Virus record (IMG/VR): IMGVR_UViG_3300034417_000033
Coordinates: 42,908-106,907 of that record
Length of the DNA: 64,000 nucleotides
From: a virus
Reading direction: 5' to 3' (one strand)
The notes under the pieces are model-generated. The model saw only the letters and a program-made list of their open reading frames with translations, was not told the origin of the DNA and did no database searches. A program made the position numbers and the translations under genes. Each line of letters begins with the position of its first letter. Within the stretch, counting starts at the first letter, position 1. Of this stretch, positions 30,084-38,672 are shown one piece after another.

Positions 30084-32603
30084 TTATTTTTTGAAGTTTT
30101 TAAATGCTTCTTCTAATGTTTCACGGATTTGATCAATGTTAGTAGTGTAAGAATAATCTTCTTTCATACCAGTGTACATTGCATTATCGCCGTTCTGTGC
30201 AGCAGTTGGACCTGCTTTACGTGTTGGGTTACCAGTTGCGCCATTCGGGAAAATCTTTTTAGAACGATATTCGCCGGACGATGGTCTCTGACCGTAGTCG
30301 CCTGCTTGATAGCCTGCGTCGCCGCCCCAGTTTTCATCTTCTTCTTCAACTTGACCGCCTGTAACTTTTTTGTATACACGCATAAGTCTATCTAACGGCA
30401 TATCAATAAGTTGATCTACGTCGTAGAATGCGTTAGAACCGGACATGCCGCTTTGTTGCAATTGATCAATGGTATCAATCAATTGTGATGGATCAATAGA
30501 AGTGTTTAAGAAGCTGCTTTGTTGCTGTACTTCGCCAGCTGCGTCTGAATCAGAATCAAATCCGTCTTCGTCGCCCACATCAACGATGCCACCGGAAGTG
30601 CGCGGCGCTTCTTCAGCGTCATCTTCTTCATCGGCTTCATCTACTTCATATCTGTCGTCGGAATTATATTCTCTGCCTTCAGGCTCACGATTCATATTAT
30701 CCACAACATATTGCTCTAAATTGGCAAGAGCAGCAGGATCTAAACGATCAACAATTTCCTGTCCGTTTAGTTTCACACTGTAAACGTCTACTTTTTCGTC
30801 AGCACCTGGATAATCGTATGTTGCTGGTTCGTGTGGTTGAAGATCATACTCAACTTCAACCTCGTCATCTCCAAGTGGCGCTGTGATTCTGTTGACATTA
30901 CTTTTAGGTGCTTCTTGGATTCCTGCTAGTTGCTTCATTCGTTGCATTTCTGGGTTCATTGTATTAATTCCTTGGTCTTGGTCTGGGATGTCAACGTACA
31001 TACAGTCGTCTTGTCCAGGCTGTGTTTGTTGTATTTGTTCATCATCGTCTGGAAGTTCTTGTATTTCAATGTCAAAATCTTCAGCAAAAGATTCTTCCAT
31101 CGTACCTGAGTCTTCCAATTCGTCAAAAAACTTATCCGATACCCAAGTATGCGGATCTCCATCTCTTGCCTTAGCAATATTATACGGCATTTCGCCATTG
31201 TTATTATAGTGGTTAAATAAGAAATCATACAATGGGCTGTTGTCTTCTAATTCGCCAAATTCCCACATTTTTTGCACATCTTCTGGGAACAACTCTTTAA
31301 CGTGACTAATAAAGTCGCCTTCGGCTGGCTCTTCATCATCCTCCATCATTTCCCACAGCTCAGCGCCATCGTCTGCGTTAGCAAATGCACTGGAAATCTT
31401 ATTAAGGGAATCTCTAGTGTGATTGCCAATTGCACTAATTTCAGGACTGGTCTGAGCAGGGATTTTAATTTCCGGTTCTGCTTGCCAACCCTGTGGTGCA
31501 TCGGGGTGATATTCGTTGCCTTCAATTTCATTGTCTGGATCAGCAGGATCATAATATCTTGCTTCGTCTACTGCACCTTCTTCAGCATTGATTCTGCCAG
31601 TGTTGACATAGTCTTCCATATCATCAAATTCATCATCGGCGCCAGAGCGAGCATTTCTTACTTGTGGTGCATCAGTGCCGTGTACTCCACGCATATATTT
31701 TAAATACTCGCGGGTATTACCAAAATCTGCATATGTTTTTTGCGGGGCAGCAGATTCTGTTAACTTAGTTTTTACGCCGGCTAATTTTAACAGGCGGCTT
31801 AGTTCGTTATCCATTGATTCTCCTAAGATCTTAGATTCTGTTGTGCGGGATTGCCCTTCAGACCAGCAGTCTCTAGCTGACACAGAAGTGTACTCGTCTC
31901 CGTCGATATAATCTCCTTGAAAACCTTCGTCGCCGCCATATAAACGGAGTGTACTTCCAGAAATTTTATCAAGTCTGCCACATTGTTCGAAATCACTTTT
32001 AAACCAAACAGTGTCTCCCACACTAACAACAGATCCGTCGCCAAGTTTAACTTTAGGTTTATTTGCTGAAGAAGTTTCAGCGCCTTTAGGATTCCACTCT
32101 CCAACAGGAGGAGTTCCAGAACCACTAACTAATAAAAATTTAGATGCAGGGTAATCGTACAAATTTGTCTTTTTACTGGCGCCAAATCTTCTATCATATA
32201 CAGTTTCCACTCTTGTAACAGTAATGGTGCCATCAGGCTGTATTCTTTTTATTGATCCAACAAAGCCAGCTGGAGCGTATTGAACTTCATTCCCAGTACG
32301 ACCGTATTTGCCGTCGCCCAGTTTTGCCCAAGATACACCGTTAGCATCAACCCCTGCTGCGTTTTCCTCAGTTAACTGAGATTCTACAATTTTTTTAACT
32401 TCTATTTTCTTATCTGGGGATTTACGTTTATAACTATCTGCGATTCTATCAGCAGCATCTTTTCCCCAACGAGTGTCTTTTAACTTTCCGTCAACATAAA
32501 CACCGTGGCGAGTATCTGGATCTTCATGTGAGCTTGACATGCCTCCAGATTTCTTATCATACGCATACCCTTCGGATAGCTTACGGTTTAAGTCATCTGA
32601 CAT
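30084..32603 (-). CDS. large acidic multi-module protein (putative internal head protein)
   Basis: Two RxxxLAG(V/I) motifs, many LxE sites, late operon. Confidence 0.55.
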   Translation of the reverse strand: MSDDLNRKLSEGYAYDKKSGGMSSSHEDPDTRHGVYVDGKLKDTRWGKDAADRIADSYKRKSPDKKIEVKKIVESQLTEENAAGVDANGVSWAKLGDGKYGRTGNEVQYAPAGFVGSIKRIQPDGTITVTRVETVYDRRFGASKKTNLYDYPASKFLLVSGSGTPPVGEWNPKGAETSSANKPKVKLGDGSVVSVGDTVWFKSDFEQCGRLDKISGSTLRLYGGDEGFQGDYIDGDEYTSVSARDCWSEGQSRTTESKILGESMDNELSRLLKLAGVKTKLTESAAPQKTYADFGNTREYLKYMRGVHGTDAPQVRNARSGADDEFDDMEDYVNTGRINAEEGAVDEARYYDPADPDNEIEGNEYHPDAPQGWQAEPEIKIPAQTSPEISAIGNHTRDSLNKISSAFANADDGAELWEMMEDDEEPAEGDFISHVKELFPEDVQKMWEFGELEDNSPLYDFLFNHYNNNGEMPYNIAKARDGDPHTWVSDKFFDELEDSGTMEESFAEDFDIEIQELPDDDEQIQQTQPGQDDCMYVDIPDQDQGINTMNPEMQRMKQLAGIQEAPKSNVNRITAPLGDDEVEVEYDLQPHEPATYDYPGADEKVDVYSVKLNGQEIVDRLDPAALANLEQYVVDNMNREPEGREYNSDDRYEVDEADEEDDAEEAPRTSGGIVDVGDEDGFDSDSDAAGEVQQQSSFLNTSIDPSQLIDTIDQLQQSGMSGSNAFYDVDQLIDMPLDRLMRVYKKVTGGQVEEEDENWGGDAGYQAGDYGQRPSSGEYRSKKIFPNGATGNPTRKAGPTAAQNGDNAMYTGMKEDYSYTTNIDQIRETLEEAFKNFKK

Positions 32604-33265
32604 TATTTGGTCTCCTTAGCAGGCGTCGACATCATTGTGTTCTTGCCTTTCTTGGGAGAATTCTCTGCTGCTGTTCTCCACATATCTTTTAATGGACTAT
32701 CTGTGCCAGGCTTGCCTTTCTCTTCGCCTGCAACTGTGTCTTTGTCTATCTTTTGCGCTGGAATTAAATCGTTAGTAACGATGTTTTCTTCTCTTTCCTT
32801 TTTAACTGTTTCTAGAGATTTAAGAAACGCGCTGTTGTATGCTTCGCCGTAAGCTGGCTCAGTTGTCCATTTTTCTGGGTTGCCCAATGCAGTGGGTTTG
32901 CCTGTGTTATCTTCCAACACGTCTTTAGTATATTGGTGACGTGGATCGTTAGCTGTATAAATGGCAACTGCATTCATTGGAATGCCGCCAACTTCAGCCA
33001 CTTCTCTTAACAATGCGTCAGGAGTAACAGGGTATTGCAATGTTACATTAAAAATGTGAACTTCGCTATCTCTTACATTTGGGAAATCTAACGGGCTTTG
33101 TTGAATTGGTGTTTTCTTAACAGAAGACACATTTTTCAAATCATATTTTTTAAGTGCTTCTTCAATGTGCCCAACTTGCTCTTCTGCAAGGTCGTTCACT
33201 GCAATCTTAATTGTGAACTCGTAATCCTTTTTCAAGGCGTTAAAATAATCTACAAATCTCTTCAT
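32603..33265 (-). CDS. conserved hypothetical (putative virion) protein
   Basis: KTPIQQSPLDFPN motif; late promoter at 33296-33303. Confidence 0.65.
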   Translation of the reverse strand: MKRFVDYFNALKKDYEFTIKIAVNDLAEEQVGHIEEALKKYDLKNVSSVKKTPIQQSPLDFPNVRDSEVHIFNVTLQYPVTPDALLREVAEVGGIPMNAVAIYTANDPRHQYTKDVLEDNTGKPTALGNPEKWTTEPAYGEAYNSAFLKSLETVKKEREENIVTNDLIPAQKIDKDTVAGEEKGKPGTDSPLKDMWRTAAENSPKKGKNTMMSTPAKETK

Positions 33266-33308
33266 AAGGATTCCTATTATTGTATAATCTTACACTATTT
33301 ATCAGAAT

Positions 33309-33833
33309 TTAAAAGAAAGTAGAAAAATCCGATAGCTTGTATTTAAGCCCAACTTTGTTTGCTTTTTTAATTGCTCGCTCTAACTTTAGCTTAGATACTG
33401 CTTCTAAAAATACATGACCTTCTAAATGCTCGTGCTCATGCAAAAACACCCTGGCGTCAAAGCCTTGCAATTCAAAATGTTGCTTATCGCCTTTAACATC
33501 AAAACATTCAACAATTACGCCTAACGGACGCTCAACTTCAATAAACAATCCGGGAAAGCTCAAACAACCTTCATATTCAATATCTTGTTGTTCAGATGTT
33601 TCTATAATTACTGGATTAAATAAGCATGTGGCGCTCTTTTCTGTGCCCATTGCAAAAACACGCTTGTTATATCCTACTTGATTTGCTGCTAGGCCTAACC
33701 CTCTACTACGAACCATTATAGAAGTTAATGTTTGCTCTAACAGTTCTGGCTCTATATCAGGATTGGAAAAATCAAAATCGTCTAATGTAGTTTTTAAAAT
33801 GTCTGATTTATAATCAACAAATGAGAAATTCAC
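33309..33833 (-). CDS. def: peptide deformylase
   Basis: GLGLAANQVG, EGCLSFP, HEHEHLEG. Confidence 0.93.
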   Translation of the reverse strand: MNFSFVDYKSDILKTTLDDFDFSNPDIEPELLEQTLTSIMVRSRGLGLAANQVGYNKRVFAMGTEKSATCLFNPVIIETSEQQDIEYEGCLSFPGLFIEVERPLGVIVECFDVKGDKQHFELQGFDARVFLHEHEHLEGHVFLEAVSKLKLERAIKKANKVGLKYKLSDFSTFF

Positions 33834-34324
33834 TTTGTCAGCTTTCCTTTGGCTATCATGTCTAACAACTCATTTCTATCAAACTCGTTGTTTGTGTCAG
33901 GCGTGGTCGCAGGATCTTTCTTGGATATGTCGTGATCTAGTTTTGCTTTTTTCAATTGTAGCTCAATAGTTTTTAGTTTTCGTTGCACTTTTGCATCTTT
34001 GGCAGTTAGTGCAGTGTTGAGCATGTTTGCTGCAACTTCGTATATTTTAGACATGTGTGCTTCTGGAACATTTAGTCCAAGCTGACACAGCTCATTATAC
34101 GACTCTATTGCCTTTTTTGCAATATCGTCCATTTCCACATCATGTTCACTAAGATTAGTTACAGTATTTAGAGCTAGGTCAATTTTTTCTATTGCAGTAA
34201 TAGAGTTAGCAATTTCCACAGTGTGTTCGATAATTTCCTCTGCGCGATGAACAGACTCTTCTGGAGTTAACTCCACATCTTCTGAAGGTGCGAGATTGAA
34301 CAGTGATTCGAGTTTCGTTGTCAT
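33830..34324 (-). CDS. putative terminase small subunit (gp16-like)
   Basis: Helical, KIYEVAANML resembles the gp16 xRAYEVxxxL region; C-terminal DRNELL. Confidence 0.55.
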   Translation of the reverse strand: MTTKLESLFNLAPSEDVELTPEESVHRAEEIIEHTVEIANSITAIEKIDLALNTVTNLSEHDVEMDDIAKKAIESYNELCQLGLNVPEAHMSKIYEVAANMLNTALTAKDAKVQRKLKTIELQLKKAKLDHDISKKDPATTPDTNNEFDRNELLDMIAKGKLTK

Positions 34325-34336
34325 ACATTTCCTTTT

Positions 34337-34762
34337 TTAAGAATTGTGCCAGATATCAGATTCAGTAATGACTCTAAATTTTAGACCATTAGCTTTGCAA
34401 TATGCTTGAGCAGCTTGCCATTTAGCGGCATTAATTGCAAGTTTTATTTTGGAACGTGCAGATTTAGCTTCTGACAGATATGTCTCTTTCTTAGGCTTTA
34501 TTTCTACAATTTCAGCAATCTGTTTTTTGTGTTTGTCCTCGTATACTACAAGGAAGTCTGGCACATACACAGTGTATTTATTCAGGATGGGATTGAAGTA
34601 CCGTATTCTTATGGGTTCACTTGCCCAAGATACGATGTTAGGATTATCATCAAAAAAGCGCATCACAGTATATTCCCACGATGAGCGATAATAAGGTTGC
34701 GTTTTTCCAGTGTATTTTGCAGGGTTCTTAACTTGGTAGAAACCTTTGAGTGTATTACTCAT
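34337..34762 (-). CDS. head completion nuclease (gp4-like, TnsA-type)
   Basis: KNPAKY.G, YRSSWE, WASEP, YVPDF, EIKP, N.AKW.AA. Confidence 0.9.
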   Translation of the reverse strand: MSNTLKGFYQVKNPAKYTGKTQPYYRSSWEYTVMRFFDDNPNIVSWASEPIRIRYFNPILNKYTVYVPDFLVVYEDKHKKQIAEIVEIKPKKETYLSEAKSARSKIKLAINAAKWQAAQAYCKANGLKFRVITESDIWHNS

Positions 34763-35208
34763 ATAAGAAGCTCTCTACTTCTGTAAGATGCAGTGTTATC
34801 GTTAGTTACTAAAATTGTAGTTCTTGAAGAATTTGCACGGAACAAGTTCATATAAACATGAGCATACAAATCCATATCTACATAGTCACTGCTGTTAGTG
34901 CTATATAAAACTTTGTTTATTGGGATGCCGCGAAACTTAGCAGAATCTATTGCAACAAGTGCCATTGCTTGTGCTGCTGTTTCAGACGAGCCATGCTGCA
35001 AAAAATATGCTAATGCAGAATGATAGTCTTCAACAGACAGGCTTCCCGGAGTCAATGTTATGTCACTAAGTGTCACACTAGCAGGTTGAGTTGCTTTTTC
35101 TGATCCGGATGAATTTTGAAAAGTGTTTACAAATTTGCCGTCTTGGTACTGGACATTCTTTCTAGCGCCCTGTCTTTTTAATATGTCTGTACTAAAACGA
35201 TTTATCAT
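34759..35208 (-). CDS. hypothetical protein
   Basis: Coupled ORF in late operon. Confidence 0.6.
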   Translation of the reverse strand: MINRFSTDILKRQGARKNVQYQDGKFVNTFQNSSGSEKATQPASVTLSDITLTPGSLSVEDYHSALAYFLQHGSSETAAQAMALVAIDSAKFRGIPINKVLYSTNSSDYVDMDLYAHVYMNLFRANSSRTTILVTNDNTASYRSRELLI

Positions 35209-35721
35209 TTAGTTATGTCCATAGCTAATGTTGCTGTGTAATATTAACTCGAGTGCGGAATGCAATGCTAATCCAGACAAATGCTGCTTTAACCAACGTG
35301 CTGCAAGTTTATTTACTATTTTTTCGTTCGCATAAATCTTGCCACGGCTTCTCGAATGGAGCCAAGCATGGTACGCCTCATGTGCCGCAGTTGCGACATC
35401 TTTTGCGTCACGGCTGTCCAAGTTAGGGACTCCGAGAGATCCTCCAATATCATCTGGGCTAGAATCATCACTGTTAAACAAAGGCCAAGGAGAAGAATAC
35501 ACATAATACTGGCCAGGGCTAAAATCTTCGTCATCCCTGACAATATTTTGTTTACCAAGTATATCACAAATAACATCGTACGATGTCCAATCTGTAGGTG
35601 CTTTTGTGTTATCTGATTTTTCATTATGTAGCCACTTTGTTTCTGGATCGCCATCCCAGCCTGCTCTTCGCATCGCATCGTCGGACAAATCATACTCTAA
35701 AAGGAGTTCGGTCAACCTCAT
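35209..35721 (-). CDS. putative zinc metallopeptidase (HExxH)
   Basis: TAAHEAYHAW plus downstream NEK..N; N-terminus MRLTELLLE. Confidence 0.55.
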   Translation of the reverse strand: MRLTELLLEYDLSDDAMRRAGWDGDPETKWLHNEKSDNTKAPTDWTSYDVICDILGKQNIVRDDEDFSPGQYYVYSSPWPLFNSDDSSPDDIGGSLGVPNLDSRDAKDVATAAHEAYHAWLHSRSRGKIYANEKIVNKLAARWLKQHLSGLALHSALELILHSNISYGHN

Positions 35722-37088
35722 GGTTTTTTCCTAAACACATCTATCACGTCGCCAACTGCTGCTTTTGCTGTTGATGCGAACACCCTAGTTGCAACACCCT
35801 TGGTTTCACCAATTGCATTGTGGACTAGCTCCCTCTTAATATTTTGGACATTAATAGGATTTTTAAACTTACCAGTAAGAATACTTGCACCTACTGCATT
35901 ACCTATTTGTCCCGGAATGTCGTTAATGATGTTTCCGATATTCCGTTCTAAGTTGCCTAACACGCTCAAATCTGGCTTGCCTGGTAAACCAGTTACATTA
36001 ACTGCTGGCTCAAATGGATCTCTCCATCTCTCATGGAAGTCAGGCTTGTTAGGTGCATACCCATCCAATTCTGAAAATTGACCATATTGATACACACCCT
36101 TTGCCAACTCATCAAATATAGAATCAGTAAAGGCCATGTTGTAGTTCATGTATTGTGAACGTTCATACTCTATGCCGAACGTCATTTCTGTTAAATCGTT
36201 TTTATCATATCTTAACGTGTCATGCTTAAACGAAGTAATCCTAGGATTAATTAGCGTTACTGCGGAAAATCTTCCGCCATGAACTTGAAATATATCGATG
36301 TTTTTTATCAGTTGCTTATTGTTTTGTACAGTCTCCATATTATAGCCATATGAAGAATCAAAATCTATTTGCAACGTGTCGTCAGTATCTGGCGGTGTAG
36401 CATGTAAGTGCTTAATATCATATGAAGGTCCGCCTGTTTTTGGATCGGTTACTACTAAGTTATCTTTAAAATAATACTCGTAGTACATTTCCCAAAGACG
36501 CAATGTTTTTCCGTCAACAACATCGTGCATAGTTAATGCAATAGGTTCGTAATGCACTTTTGTTTGAGCAATACGCTTTCTATTGTATTGATTAAGAATC
36601 GTAGTATCTACAGTTGCTGATGGCATATCTACAGACTTAACTAACGGAATAAGCATTGCTTGCTCACTAGTATTTAAGTATCTCTGTACAAACTTAGTAC
36701 CGTTAGCACAGCGAACGTTATCGTTAAATATGAATCTTACAAAATACTGGAACGACAGTCTAGGAGTGTTATCTTGGTAGTAAGTGCTTTTAGTGCCAAA
36801 GTTCCAGGCTGCATGTTTGGAGTCGTCAAAATACGTTGTGCCTCCACCAAACAGCCCATTACCTAAACCACCCAATAATTTATGAGAAAGGTCATTGGCT
36901 AATTTCCCGCCAAGTTTCCCAATGTTATTTGCAACGTTAGTGCCAATATTGCCGACAGCGTTACCAAGGGCGTTTTGTCCAGTATCTATTAGACTAGCGC
37001 CTTTGGATTCTGCCGCACTTAAAAGACTGGCGCCCTTAGCCGAAATATCAGCTTGGGCTTGACTAAAGAGTTCACCAAATCCAGTCAT
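35718..37088 (-). CDS. tail tube-related baseplate protein (gp54/gp48-like)
   Basis: VKSVDMPS...NQYNRKR...YEPI.LT.HD tube-fold pattern; next to the tube gene. Confidence 0.65.
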   Translation of the reverse strand: MTGFGELFSQAQADISAKGASLLSAAESKGASLIDTGQNALGNAVGNIGTNVANNIGKLGGKLANDLSHKLLGGLGNGLFGGGTTYFDDSKHAAWNFGTKSTYYQDNTPRLSFQYFVRFIFNDNVRCANGTKFVQRYLNTSEQAMLIPLVKSVDMPSATVDTTILNQYNRKRIAQTKVHYEPIALTMHDVVDGKTLRLWEMYYEYYFKDNLVVTDPKTGGPSYDIKHLHATPPDTDDTLQIDFDSSYGYNMETVQNNKQLIKNIDIFQVHGGRFSAVTLINPRITSFKHDTLRYDKNDLTEMTFGIEYERSQYMNYNMAFTDSIFDELAKGVYQYGQFSELDGYAPNKPDFHERWRDPFEPAVNVTGLPGKPDLSVLGNLERNIGNIINDIPGQIGNAVGASILTGKFKNPINVQNIKRELVHNAIGETKGVATRVFASTAKAAVGDVIDVFRKKP

Positions 37089-37100
37089 TTAATATTCCTA

Positions 37101-37730
37101 TTATGCACTGAAGCCAGCGGAAGAAGCTACGCCTTTGAAGATATCTGTAATACCAGCCGAGAATGGATCTCCGCCAACTGTTGGAACAACACTTGCGCCA
37201 GCCAATTGAGTTGCGTTATCATAGCAAATTGTTAATTCATAAAGAGACTGTTTGCTATCTGCATAATCGCCTTCTTGTGTTTTAACTTCTGTTAACCAGC
37301 AACCTTCTACGTTCCAATACTCTAATGGATCACCGTGTGTACCATCTAAGGATTGAATTTCCAATCTGAACTTGTAATCAGCTGCGGAAATAGCACTTGT
37401 TTGTTCAAAGTGGTTAACTTGTTTCTGCATTTGCGCGCCTACTGCTGCTGCTACGCTGTTTTGCAAATCATCACGAATAGAAATAGTGATAGTGTTCCAC
37501 TTATGCTTTCCACCAATCTTAACGGTCGAATTGTAAGAATGTATTTCTACAGGGTCTTGTGTGTATGTTGGGCGAGCAACTTTTTCCACGTTTTGTGTAA
37601 GCTCTCTTAGTAGATCACCTTTGCCGAAACCGTCAAAAATAACTCTAAAGCGGTAGTTCAATTTCGGCATTAAAATGCCGCCTGGTCCGCCTACGGTTGG
37701 GTGAATACCAAATTTAGAAAAATCTGACAT
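37101..37730 (-). CDS. tail tube protein (gp19-like)
   Basis: PKLNYRFRV, GKHKWNTITISIRDD, W.VEGCW, LTICYDNA; late promoter at 37768-37775. Confidence 0.88.
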   Translation of the reverse strand: MSDFSKFGIHPTVGGPGGILMPKLNYRFRVIFDGFGKGDLLRELTQNVEKVARPTYTQDPVEIHSYNSTVKIGGKHKWNTITISIRDDLQNSVAAAVGAQMQKQVNHFEQTSAISAADYKFRLEIQSLDGTHGDPLEYWNVEGCWLTEVKTQEGDYADSKQSLYELTICYDNATQLAGASVVPTVGGDPFSAGITDIFKGVASSAGFSA

Positions 37731-37796
37731 GTTCTTTCTCCTTCATATAAAGAATCTTTTCTAATACTATTTATCAAATAATAGAAAATTTTTAAA

Positions 37797-38603
37797 CTAG
37801 CGATTTTGTTTGCAAGCAATGCGTTTTTGTATAATCACTTTCTTTAAATTCGCAACTGGCAATGCCACTTTCTTATCTAAATCATACTGTGTTGCTATTG
37901 CAAATCTAATACCAGTTAATAACTCAACTTCATTTACAGTAACTTGATATTTACTCAGATCGTTGCCAGTTGCCGTTTGTGGCATAATAAATGCGTATGC
38001 TTTTTTAGATCCTAAGTCAGCTACAATTTTATAAAATGCATCTGGAACAACAACATTATTTGGTCCTATTGTTTTAGACTCATCGCTGTACACTGGGCCT
38101 ACATAAATTAAAAAGTTATTATTTGATTCTACTGCCCAAGCTCTAATGTATGTCTCTAACAGTTTCCACGTGCCACGGTTTAATCTTGGAGTTTGCGGCG
38201 CCATATTTGTAAGTAGAAAACTTTGATCTTCTGTTTCTAAACTGTATGCTTGGTCTCCTGCAGGAATCTGATGGCCCATATCATATCCACTTTTTGCATA
38301 ATCAATAAGTTCTGCTCTGTCACCTTTTCGCAAACTATTGTCCGGAGCAAAATTATTTTTTCTAATTGCGCACCCAATGGAACTTTTTCCATCAGACACA
38401 TATGCTGACCAAATAGGGAGTTTTGCCTTAACATCATTAAGTGTAGCATACCCAGTTCTGCAAATTAACGTGCCTGATTTTCCAGACGGCAGACCAAACG
38501 GCAAGTGACTATTGCAATTGTTTGCGGGAAGTGGATCGGGCTGTTGCCAGGCGGTCGAAACGGAAGAAAATGCGAGTGCAAACAATAAACATAAGTATTT
38601 CAT
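37797..38603 (-). CDS. secreted DNA/RNA non-specific endonuclease (Serratia NucA family)
   Basis: Signal peptide; GYDMGHQIP, TNMAPQ, LNRGTWKLLE, VPDAFYKI. Confidence 0.9.
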   Translation of the reverse strand: MKYLCLLFALAFSSVSTAWQQPDPLPANNCNSHLPFGLPSGKSGTLICRTGYATLNDVKAKLPIWSAYVSDGKSSIGCAIRKNNFAPDNSLRKGDRAELIDYAKSGYDMGHQIPAGDQAYSLETEDQSFLLTNMAPQTPRLNRGTWKLLETYIRAWAVESNNNFLIYVGPVYSDESKTIGPNNVVVPDAFYKIVADLGSKKAYAFIMPQTATGNDLSKYQVTVNEVELLTGIRFAIATQYDLDKKVALPVANLKKVIIQKRIACKQNR

Positions 38604-38634
38604 AGTATGTTATTTACCAGAAATTAAACCCAAC

Positions 38635-38658
38635 AAAAAAGGGCGCGAACGCCCTTTT
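38635..38658 (-). terminator. intrinsic terminator after sheath gene
   Basis: AAAGGGCG/CGCCCTTT stem with T run. Confidence 0.75.
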
Positions 38659-38672
38659 CATTTTATGCTATC

